The notes beneath the pieces are model-generated. The model was given only the letters and a program-made list of their open reading frames with translations. It was not told the DNA's origin and searched no databases. A DNA stretch of 64,000 bases from Novakomyces olei (Eukaryota): assembly GCA_016906335.1 (NCBI GenBank), contig JADEYG010000015.1, positions 1,240,001-1,304,000 on the forward strand, given 5' to 3'. This document shows positions 51,539 to 61,300 of the stretch, piece by piece; the first letter of the stretch is position 1, and each line of letters starts with the position of its first letter. A program made the position numbers and the translations under genes.

Positions 51539-52458
51539 ATGGTGATCAAAATTCTATTACTTAATCCGAACAGTTCACGAGTAGTCACTTGCGCTTGTGA
51601 TGAGTTGGTGCGGCCCACTCTTCCTAACGACGTCAAACTAGACTCTTTATCGGCACCTCAGGACAGTGTCCCTGCTATTGAAACATTTAGCGATATCATT
51701 ACCAGTGCATCTGCTACAGCAAAGCTCGCAAAAACAAAACTCGATGAGTATGATGCTTTCCTCGTTTGCGGCCACTGTGATCATCCGCTGATCTACATAC
51801 TTCGTGAAGCCACAAACAAACCGGTTTGTGGAATAATGGAGGCTTCGCTGTATTCTGCTCGGACTCTTGGAACAAAGTTTGGTATTATATCTATTACTGA
51901 GCAAATTGCGGCTGCTCAGCGACAAGGTGTCACTAATTATGGATTGGACAAGTTTTGTGTTGGTGTGAGAAGCACCGGGCTTGGCGTGAAAGATCTGTCT
52001 AATTTACCGTTCGATAAAGTAATAGATTTAATGGCGGTAGCAGGGAACGAACTGGTTTCGTTGGGAGCTGATACCTTAACTCTTGGGTGTGCAGGAATGT
52101 CCGGGATGCAGGACGCAGTAGCAAAAGCTACTGGACCAAGAATCACCGTGATTGATGGGGAAGTAAAAAGAAAGAACCAAAAAAAAAAATAATAATAATA
52201 ATAAAAGAAAACACATTAATTATAGCGCCGATAAACTGTGACATAAAATAATATGTAAAATAATATGAGGAAATAGAAAGTCAAAAGAACATTTCGAACA
52301 AAAAACTAGAATATGTGTTTAAAATCCAATTGAGAAATAAAGCAATTTAAAATTCAGACTAATTAGATAGCGCTGTTTGTGGAGTTCATCATCTAATTGG
52401 ACTCGTCCGAGCAGGTCTCTACACTGCGAAAAGGGGCTCTTATGGTGTTAAGAAGTAG
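51539..52458 (+). CDS. Asp/Glu/hydantoin (allantoin) racemase family, Dcg1-like, 2 exons
   Basis: LLNPNSS, DAFLVCGHCDHP, GIMEAS, LGCAGM and VIDG. Last exon 52371-52458 (AVCGVHHLIGLVRAGLYTAKRG); its donor is non-canonical. Confidence 0.85.
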
Positions 52459-53334
52459 AGTCTGCACACAGCTCGACAATTCTTAAATAGAGAGCTGAAA
52501 AACAATCTTGAGGTTGATGTAATTGAGGACTGAAATTATTTGCATTCGTAACGATAACTGAATAAGCGCAGTTGCCACTTTGCACACAAGTCTTTTCTTA
52601 TCCAGACATTTCCATTTATGCAGAATTCATAAATTATAATGGCTATGGTTTCATTGTTTATTTAAATGTACAAATACAAGAACTGAATTATATGTTTTTG
52701 ATAATGTAATCACATTTGTAGCAAATCTCGATTAGCTAGCTTATTTACAACATTACGGTGGTTTAGAGACAGAACATTTAACCGCTGTCCTACCTTGCAG
52801 ATCAGTGTATGTTTTATTTTACGCAATAATTAAACTCCCAATCAGACAACTATTTTTAGATTAATTGAATGTATTCGATGATTCAAGCCCGCAAGTATGT
52901 CACCGAACTACTACGCAACTTTTGAGGGCAAATTTTTCCCACAAAGACTGTGAAAGCGGCAGCACCAAAGCCTGAATAAGGTTGTAAAAGGTTGTGGCTA
53001 AAGCAACGAGTCACGTTATAACGGCCCGTCAGAAATGGTACAACTGTCAGTTACAAATAATATAATACTTGAATATAATGAACTCAAAAACATGTGAAAT
53101 AACTTAATGATCTTGGATGACATAATAATCTGATTAACCCTATTATCCGAAACAAGCGGCAGCTACATTCGGGTATTCGGAGATAAAAATGACGTGGAAG
53201 GCGTATATATGAAATTAAACGTTATAGCTTGGCTAATCGGATTTAGGTTTCGGAGATCCATTCTGGTGACCTGAGCTTGTATAAAAGAAGTGAAGAGTGA
53301 CGGGCCGCTCCTTTCAAAATCATCATTAAAAGAA

Positions 53335-54342
53335 ATGGCTGGAGATTTGGTACTTATAACAGGAATTTCGGGCTTTGTTGCCCTTCGCTTGGCAGATGAT
53401 CTGTTGTCTCATGGTTTCAGAGTCAGGGGGACAGTAAGATCAGCTGATAAGGCAGAAAAAGTACGCGAATTATTTCCGCGCTACGATTCTTCGCAGCTGG
53501 AATTTGCGATTGTGCCGGACGTTGCCTCGGAAGGCGGATTGGATGAAGCAGTGAAAGGAGTCAAATACGTTTGCCACACAGCGTCGCCTTTCAACTTCTC
53601 CGTAAAGGACAATGAAAAGGATATGCTGATTCCAGCTTACAAGGGAACGACCAATGTTTTAGCAGCGGCGGCCAAGGAGTCTGGCGTCAAACGGTTCATT
53701 GTGCTGAGCAGTTTTGCGTCAATTATTGATCTCTCCAAGGGTAACCGCAAGGGCTATACTTACACGGAAGCCGACTGGAACCCTGCCACTTATGACGAAG
53801 CAAAGGTTTCAGACAACCCTGGATTTGTGTATTGTGCCTCAAAGACAGTAGCAGAGAAGGCAGCTTGGGAATTTATTGAGCAGAAAAAGCCAAACTTCGA
53901 CTTGGTCGCGATTTGCCCATCAATGGTTTTTGGACCACCTCTGGAAGGATCGGCGGAAGACAAGTCTCATCTCAACACATCTACTGCCGCTGAGTGGGCT
54001 TTGTTTAATGGGTCATGTAAAAAGACACCGTCTGTGGCCTTCCCTGTCTGGGTGGATGTCCGTGACGTCGCAAGGGCCCATGTTTCGGCTCTGACAAGTG
54101 AAAAGGCTAGCAATCAGCGATTCTTGCTCATAGCTAATGAGTTCACAAATCAGCAGATTGTGGATTGTGCACGCAAGCATTTTGCGAACGATAGCCGGAT
54201 CAAATTGCCCGAAGAGCGATCAGACGAACCTGACTTGTCCGAATTCTACGATGTTGATGCCTCCAAGGCACCGCGCTTACTCGGGTTTGAGTACACTGGT
54301 CTTGAGCAGAGCGTCATTGACACAATTAAAGTGCTTGCTTAG
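53335..54342 (+). CDS. NAD(P)-dependent extended SDR (Gre2/aldehyde reductase II-like)
   Basis: LITGISGFVA, HTASPF, LSSFAS, YCASK and VDVRDVARAH. ATG at 53335. Confidence 0.9.
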   Translation: MAGDLVLITGISGFVALRLADDLLSHGFRVRGTVRSADKAEKVRELFPRYDSSQLEFAIVPDVASEGGLDEAVKGVKYVCHTASPFNFSVKDNEKDMLIPAYKGTTNVLAAAAKESGVKRFIVLSSFASIIDLSKGNRKGYTYTEADWNPATYDEAKVSDNPGFVYCASKTVAEKAAWEFIEQKKPNFDLVAICPSMVFGPPLEGSAEDKSHLNTSTAAEWALFNGSCKKTPSVAFPVWVDVRDVARAHVSALTSEKASNQRFLLIANEFTNQQIVDCARKHFANDSRIKLPEERSDEPDLSEFYDVDASKAPRLLGFEYTGLEQSVIDTIKVLA

Positions 54343-54476
54343 TAGGACACTACGGTTAGAAATAAAATACAACATGCTGTAGTGTTTTTAGATTTCAGAA
54401 TAAAGATTTTACATAAGAAATTTATTTTTGTTAGCTGGCTTGAATAATACAATTTGGTTCCACTCTGATATACTTT

Positions 54477-54969
54477 TTAAACGGCTCCAGATCCAACGTT
54501 TTTAGCCTCTTGTGCCTTCAATGCAGCCTGGCAAGTCTTTGTGACCTCTAATAAGTACTCTTCGCACAATCGCCGTTTGACCAGCTGTAATGTTACCGGA
54601 CACCCGTCCATAGCCTCGGGGCAATCTGTTATTCGTTAACCCTAAGGTTTGATATCAGTCTTACATTCTTGCCATATCGTGGCTTCCAGATCGTTGCGTC
54701 CGCGATATTCGACGTTTTGGTCCAGAGACCACGAACATGGCACAAAAAAGGCTCAAAGTGGGCGGGCAAGCTCACAGAGCCCGTAAACGAGCAAGCCGAT
54801 CTCCAGAGATACAAATGGAAACGCTAAATAATGAGTCTGTTAGCAGCGAACGTAACTCCTTTCTAGCTGCCATTTCTTTTAAGCCTTAACCTTTCGACAC
54901 TGCGATCGATTTATGGCTTCCGTCCGAAAAGTCAGGGTTCGTCTCTGTCGCATCAGAGTCAGGTGTGAC
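54477..54969 (-). pseudogene. Cryptic three-exon coding segment with one in-frame TGA
   Basis: Exons 54969-54891, 54823-54665, 54625-54477 are phase-compatible; TGA at 54755-54753. Confidence 0.4.
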
Positions 54970-55308
54970 CTATATGTGGGTATAGTTCAAATTTTGGGTT
55001 TTGCTGCAAAATTGAGTATTTGTTGGTAATTTATCTTTTTGTGTGGGCGGTTTTTGTACATTTTAAAATTATACGTATCACTTGCTATACCTAACTCGGC
55101 ATCTAATTACCTTTTTTAATCTCTTGAATTCTTAATCACTAGAGTGCTTGCGTCTGACTCCCAATTTTTTACTCATACCACAGTTACTCTCTCCCGCAAT
55201 GCAGATTCTCACATTTGGATGGATGAATGATAATCCTCGGTCTCAAAGTTGATTTTCTTTACCTATTAATTATGCTGTTTTAACTTGTAGATCAAAAGTA
55301 CTATCAAA

Positions 55309-56748
55309 CTAAACGTCAAAGTGTTGCCTCTCAATCATCATATCATTTGGTCCGAGATTGCTCAAAACATTCATGCATCGACTGTGTGTTTCCAAGAAAA
55401 TATGTTTTACCGCAAATATTGGGCTAGCTTGTTTTGCACCTATATTTGAAGCCATTTCTTGAAGCGTTTGATATTCATACTTTTTCCCATTTTTCACAAT
55501 ACCGACTTTTTCCACTTCGAATGGCTCACACTGGAACGGATATTGCTGATGCTGCGCAATATAAGCCATCCAAAATAGATCCATGTCCACTTTCTGGTCC
55601 TTTAGGTATTCCAGATACTCTATGTATAGATGATCTTCTTCGGAAGACTCGAGATAAGCTCCGTTTGCGGAGGCATGTGACTCGGCAAACAACACAACCA
55701 TAGGCGCATTTAAATGAGCAGCCTTGCTCTCTGCAATTTCATGATACCGTTGTAAAAACCACTCAAATTCATTTGAAGACTTTTGCTCAAGTTTGATCTG
55801 AAACTTTAGGTACAATGCTTGTCCTTTGTAATACCGGCGCACAATAAGTAAGATTGGACCATTTGAAGACCACACTGATCGCAGTAGTAAAAATTGCAGA
55901 AAACAAGAATGCGCATGAATTCCACGATTTGATACCCTTAACGAATCTTTAAGAAGCGAAAAGCCTAAATCTGGCTTCGACGCTGCTTTTTGTTCCATGA
56001 ACGAACAGGACAATTGAGAGACAAAGCTTTGCATATTCTTGAAGATTTTTCGCCAGCGATCTGATCCCAAGTTGTTTTTGCTTTTTGATGCGTTAAACGC
56101 TTTTGCTCTATCCTCACCAGCCAAATGTAGTGAACAATTAATCCTAAATTTTTCGGCTTGTCTTTCGTCGATGACTATAGCTTCGTTTGGCCCCTCCATA
56201 ATGTGTCTCTTGTATTTGGATAAAACAAAGCTGTAGTATAAAAACTTAGCAATCAGCAGTCTGTTGCCACATCCCCAAGTCTTTGAGTTGCATTCATAAT
56301 TTTGTGGCCATTCCAGACATCTCATAAACTCTTGGGGACGCGTTTGATGCTTTCCAAGTCCTAGCTTTTCGGCATTCTTATTCTCGCACCTTAATAAGCT
56401 TGCCAATCTCTCACAGTTTGCCGTCAATTCCTCAAAATCATGTGCTAGGTTTTCAAGCGTCTCTTTCAAGTGATGCATATGCTGCAATATTTCCTGAAGC
56501 ATAAGGGCCCTTAAATGACAAGCGCAGTCTGCAACATGAGGGTCAAAGCTTAGAAAGCCGGGTGAGTTTTCTAAATAATCTTTGTTATTTGTGTATACGC
56601 CATCAGCCAACCCTAAAAACAGCCTCAATGCGTCCCTTCCGTCAAACGCGGCTGCATAGACCATTCGCAAATAATTCACATAATTCTTATTCGCGATCCA
56701 GCTATTTTTATCCGCGGGTAAAATTTCAAAAAATAGGCAAGCCGACAT
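55309..56748 (-). CDS. Orphan 479-aa soluble protein; candidate tRNA-dependent cyclodipeptide synthase (RCDPS-like)
   Basis: The long intact ORF is certain. The function is inferred from its neighbours and from recalled resemblance of FDPHVADCACHLRA, SQLSCSF, AQHQQYP and HIF blocks to AnkA/AvaA-type enzymes (unverified). Confidence 0.5.
   Translation of the reverse strand: MSACLFFEILPADKNSWIANKNYVNYLRMVYAAAFDGRDALRLFLGLADGVYTNNKDYLENSPGFLSFDPHVADCACHLRALMLQEILQHMHHLKETLENLAHDFEELTANCERLASLLRCENKNAEKLGLGKHQTRPQEFMRCLEWPQNYECNSKTWGCGNRLLIAKFLYYSFVLSKYKRHIMEGPNEAIVIDERQAEKFRINCSLHLAGEDRAKAFNASKSKNNLGSDRWRKIFKNMQSFVSQLSCSFMEQKAASKPDLGFSLLKDSLRVSNRGIHAHSCFLQFLLLRSVWSSNGPILLIVRRYYKGQALYLKFQIKLEQKSSNEFEWFLQRYHEIAESKAAHLNAPMVVLFAESHASANGAYLESSEEDHLYIEYLEYLKDQKVDMDLFWMAYIAQHQQYPFQCEPFEVEKVGIVKNGKKYEYQTLQEMASNIGAKQASPIFAVKHIFLETHSRCMNVLSNLGPNDMMIERQHFDV
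55389..55934. repeat. Source copy (B) of the 546-bp duplication
   Basis: Lies inside the intact 479-aa ORF and matches 50726-51271. Confidence 0.92.
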
Positions 56749-57503
56749 GTCAAGCTTTATTATCGATCGCAGTTTTTCCTTTTAATATATCTTCTCTTTT
56801 CGCCTTCTTTTTAGCTTTTCGGTTTGATTCCTTTGGTGAATCCTCATGTTCATGTTTGCAAAGCCGATATTTATATTGATAAATTCTAATTGAACGAAAA
56901 CTCCGATTTTCTCCACTCTGATTCAGACTATCCCACGTAACGGATGCACTGATAAAGTACGCCATTCCTGCACAGATGTCGGATTCGCATCGCACTATTG
57001 TCCAATAGTTTTCGAATGTACGTAGCCAATAAATAAAAAAACAATAAGCACAGATTCACACGCATCATTGTTCTATTTTCGATGCTTTTTGCTTCACGAT
57101 CATGTCGAGTAGGCCACGGAACTCCTACGCTTACCCTATTTGAAATCATTGTTCCGGCATAGAAGTTTCCAAGTTACGTAATTAGCGACCAGCCATTTCG
57201 GTGAATATGCCAAATTTGGCAATATAATTCGGAGAATTTTTGCGTATTTCACGGGAACGTGATCAATTGCAAGGGTCATCATACCTTGCAGATCATAAGT
57301 GCGCCATTAGTGGGGAACAACCAGTTTCTCGTGTCGCTAAAGAATGCCAAATGTTTGATACAACGATGTGCGTGGGATGAATATAAATATTAGCCATTTC
57401 ATGATTGCTACATAAAGAGGAGCATTTTGATTGTCAACCTTTTATTAAAGAAATTTCAAAATATTTTCAATTATCAAATCTTTAAAACAAGCGCACAAAC
57501 AAG

Positions 57504-59015
57504 ATGGCACAAGCATACATTATTTTATACGTCCTTGGATTCGTCTTGACGCTGAGATTCTTGTACCGTCAGTATATTCATGCGTATGGCATGCTAGGCA
57601 TTAATCAAGCCAGTATTGTCGACGCAAAAGGAAGACCGATACCGCACTCTCCCAAAGATACACGATTTACCCGCTTTTCTCACGCAAAAGAAATCTCAGT
57701 CGGTAATCGTGAAAAATACGGAGACATTTATACAGTCAAGAAAGGCCCATACAAAGAGCTAGTGATAACAAATCCGGAAGCTTTGCGAGCCCATTATGAG
57801 GGCGACGCTATGGCTCACACAAAGCTTGAATCGCTCGGGTTTGGAGCCTTTCTAGGTTCGCTTCTAGGCGAGTGTGTGGGCTTAAAGTATGGAGATGACT
57901 GGCGGCGTATCCGTCGTGCTGTCGATCCCTACTTCACGCACAAGGCGGCAATGCTTTCGCTTCCAGCTACGTCTCAATATTTGTTTGAGTGGGCTGGACA
58001 CGATCTGCCACGCATGAAAGAGGCAAATCACACTGCCCCTGGTCAGTTCAGTATCCGAGCCATGGACGCAGTTACAATAGTCCCATTCAAAGCTACAGCT
58101 AAGCTCATGTACGGTGACAAGACTATGACTGACGAATTTTTCCGGCAGCTGTGGTCCATAATTCCTTTGCACTCGGACCTGATTAATTTTGCTTTTCTCT
58201 CGTCTCTCGGTCGCTGGAACCTGTTTCAGTACACGTGTCTGCCAAAAGCTAACCAGCTGCGAAAATTCCATAGAACGTTTCGTGCCCTCAACATGTGGAT
58301 GGTGCGCGACGCGCAGGCAAACAATGAAAACAGTATTGTATTTGAAATGTACGAGCAGGTGAAGAGTGGAAAACTGACGTTTGACGAATGGATCCAGACA
58401 ATTGACGAGATTCTGTTTGCTAATATTGATATCACTGCGGCGGCAATGGCCTGGATGATTATAATTATTGCCCGTGAACCAGGCTACCAGGACAAGTTGC
58501 TTCGCGAGTTCCAGGACAGAATTAGTGACAGCTCGGATGAGAATGAGACGGCACTGTACATCAAGGACACACAAACAGAGCTCCATCGAGCAATGACAGA
58601 GGCAATCAGAGTCCAGCCTGTTGTGTGGTATGGATTTCCTGAGCTCACACAGGCGACAAAAGCCATCCAGGGCTATGTCGTTCCCTCTCGCACTCCGGCA
58701 ACTGTTGACGTGTACCAGCTAAACACGCAGTCTCCCATATGGAATCCAGCAGATAAGCCTAAAGGCTACGGCAATGTTTTTGATCCAGACCGGTTTATTT
58801 CGCTAAACGTTACCGATTATGCCTGGTCCTTTTTCCGCTTTGGTAATGGACCTAGAAAGTGCCTCGGACGTAACTTTGCTGAATCCCTCCTCAAGGCTGA
58901 AATATTCCACGTGTTTTCCCGCTATTCTGTACAGTTGCTAGACAAGGTTGAAATACGTCGCGATAAATTCACGGCGCAGCCTGAATGCCGTCTACTCTTT
59001 ACACAGCGTGAGTAG
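57504..59015 (+). CDS. Cytochrome P450, GliC-like, intronless
   Basis: LLGECVGL, atypical I-helix QTIDEILFANIDIT, EAIR, FDPDRF and FGNGPRKCLG. Confidence 0.88.
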   Translation: MAQAYIILYVLGFVLTLRFLYRQYIHAYGMLGINQASIVDAKGRPIPHSPKDTRFTRFSHAKEISVGNREKYGDIYTVKKGPYKELVITNPEALRAHYEGDAMAHTKLESLGFGAFLGSLLGECVGLKYGDDWRRIRRAVDPYFTHKAAMLSLPATSQYLFEWAGHDLPRMKEANHTAPGQFSIRAMDAVTIVPFKATAKLMYGDKTMTDEFFRQLWSIIPLHSDLINFAFLSSLGRWNLFQYTCLPKANQLRKFHRTFRALNMWMVRDAQANNENSIVFEMYEQVKSGKLTFDEWIQTIDEILFANIDITAAAMAWMIIIIAREPGYQDKLLREFQDRISDSSDENETALYIKDTQTELHRAMTEAIRVQPVVWYGFPELTQATKAIQGYVVPSRTPATVDVYQLNTQSPIWNPADKPKGYGNVFDPDRFISLNVTDYAWSFFRFGNGPRKCLGRNFAESLLKAEIFHVFSRYSVQLLDKVEIRRDKFTAQPECRLLFTQRE

Positions 59016-59242
59016 ATCGGTTCGTTATTGGGTCGGTTCAATATTAGGTCCGGCTAGGAGGAGGTATTTGGCAAGCGCATTGATTTGCTTTGATTTGAAT
59101 GATCGAATAAATTGACTTTTTAAAAGGCCTTTTTTAATATAGTATTAAATAATAGCAAATACTATGTAATAATCATGATCACTGCTAGAGTAATAAACGC
59201 TGGTTTTCAAAACCCCATTTGTGCAAGCAACTCTGCCAGTCT

Positions 59243-60640
59243 TCAAACCTTGGCCGACAATGAGGGCCCCACCTTGATAATTCTAGCCAGTGTCATAAAG
59301 GCAGAGCCAGCCAGAATAACGACGCCAGTGAATATTATCATGCGGGAAAAATCTGTTCCTCTTGTAAGAGCTCCAGCAATAGGAGAGCCGGTGAGGGCAG
59401 CAATGCTGATAATTTGGAAAGAGATGCCAATCCTCTGGCCCAGCACTTGGATAGAGGGACTCAGTGACGCAATCACTCCAGTCAAAAGGCCGACATAGGC
59501 ACCTGAAAATATGCCAAACAGCAAACAGAAAACAATGTAGCCGCCTCTGTTGGTTGCACCAAACCAGGCAAATACAATAATACCCGTAATGACTACGCAC
59601 GGGATCATCAAGTTTAGTGCTCCGCGTCTGTCGGCAATCATGTTTGGCACAGTCCGGCCGATAATGGAGCCGGCATTCGTTATCGGGAGGGAATAAAAAG
59701 TAAGAGTCTGTGATATGCCATTGGCTAAGCCAAAAGATTCAAGGAAAAAGAAGGGCGTAAAAAGTCCCCACATGGTGAGAAAAGCACCACCGACAAAAAC
59801 CATAAACGGAAGATCTTTGAAAGCACTCGTATCGTACAATAAACTGGCTGGCCGAGGAGGGATACGGGTTTTTTGCATAAGGCATGTTCCAGCGAGACAC
59901 GCAAGAGAGATGAAAGCCACAACTCGCACGGTCCAGCCAAAGCCGATTCGTGGAAACAAACGATTCAATATGATTGGGAAAACGACGCCGCCAAGAGAGG
60001 AACCGGTAGCGACAATACCAAAGCCAATGTAGCGTCTAAGCTTCCACCAGTGGCCTACAACTGCCATAGCCGGGAGAAAAATACAGCCCATACCAATGCC
60101 CATACAAAGAGACTGAGCGAGGAAGAACTGGTAGTAGCTCTTGCACAGAGAAAGCATAAAAATCCCAACTAGAAATAGTAAACTGCCTCCCGTAATCAAG
60201 TAACGAAAGTAGCCCATGTCAAACAGGTGGCCCGAGAAAATACCACAAAAGAACATTATAAAAACTTGCACGGATCCGATCCATGAAATATTGCTCGGCG
60301 TTTGATGACTCAGCTGATGGCCCTCATAATAAGTCTGAAACACGCCAAAACAATTGACTATACCAAACGTACAAAAGAGGCCGAGCCATCCACCGATCAC
60401 TACGAGCCATGCCTCAAGACCACCGTCGGGAAATGCAAAGTCTGGAGGTCCATTGCCTGCACTTTTGACTTGCGACTCAAATGACTGATCTTTTCCTTTT
60501 CTCTCGGGCGCAGAACCTTCATATCCTTTCTCTTCGTCATTCAAGGAATTCGCGGACACCCGTTGAGTTTCGTTGAGCTGCTGCTGTCCATCATCATGCG
60601 GCCAGCTGTCTGGCAATTGCTGTGCTGTACTGTTTGCCAT
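59243..60640 (-). CDS. MFS transporter, monocarboxylate porter (Mch-like) family
   Basis: PDGGLEAWLVV, FGVFQTYY, ISWIGSVQ, GSSLGGV and ADRRG, with about 12 TMs. Confidence 0.92.
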   Translation of the reverse strand: MANSTAQQLPDSWPHDDGQQQLNETQRVSANSLNDEEKGYEGSAPERKGKDQSFESQVKSAGNGPPDFAFPDGGLEAWLVVIGGWLGLFCTFGIVNCFGVFQTYYEGHQLSHQTPSNISWIGSVQVFIMFFCGIFSGHLFDMGYFRYLITGGSLLFLVGIFMLSLCKSYYQFFLAQSLCMGIGMGCIFLPAMAVVGHWWKLRRYIGFGIVATGSSLGGVVFPIILNRLFPRIGFGWTVRVVAFISLACLAGTCLMQKTRIPPRPASLLYDTSAFKDLPFMVFVGGAFLTMWGLFTPFFFLESFGLANGISQTLTFYSLPITNAGSIIGRTVPNMIADRRGALNLMIPCVVITGIIVFAWFGATNRGGYIVFCLLFGIFSGAYVGLLTGVIASLSPSIQVLGQRIGISFQIISIAALTGSPIAGALTRGTDFSRMIIFTGVVILAGSAFMTLARIIKVGPSLSAKV

Positions 60641-61300
60641 AGCTCGTTATGTTTGGAGCACTTTGAAAAAGCACATTTTGTACAGAGCGAAAAGGCCTCA
60701 TCTTTATAGATCTTCCTGTTTATCTGTCAACACTCTTTTCCTTGCTCTTGCGACTCGAAAGTGTCGATCCAAAAGAAGATTGCACTGCGCATGCTCTCCT
60801 TGTCGGAGGTACACCTTGTTCCAGTTCGGAAATAGGTCCAAAAACGTGATAACTCCGTGTTTCGGAGAAATGCCTGAAAAGCTGGTTAAGCATGGAACAA
60901 TAAACTACAGAATATTACTTTCTAATGAATCCAAGTCATTGGATTACTTAAAGTGTAATGCTCCATTTTAGGCTAAATTCCTATCAGCTGGACGGTTTAT
61001 CAAAAAAAAAAGGCAGCTGCTCATCAAGAATAACTAGACTTTAATTAGAGTTTGAAAAGAAGTAAATGTAGAGGGGTGCAGAGTTGTTTGCCAATAGTGT
61101 GAGGGCACATACGACGATGTCAGCAACTCAGCAACAAGTACTTGGAACGGTTCGGACTATACAATGCTGAATAAACAAGGCACAATAAGTTCTTACGTCT
61201 ACACTTTGAACGATAAGCAGGAAGCACGATACTCGAAAAGGGTCTTACGGTCCAAAACAAGTGCAACGAGTATGTGTTCAAATTATAATTGAATTCGTCT

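Noticed and set aside
54500-54580. RRVLIRG..GCIEG reading that recalls FunK1 kinase
   Set aside because: Short, closed by a stop, and better explained by another frame that splices consistently.
57882-58586. 234-aa antisense ORF inside the P450 (and similar shadow ORFs elsewhere)
   Set aside because: Antisense to well-supported genes with no motifs; explained by codon structure.
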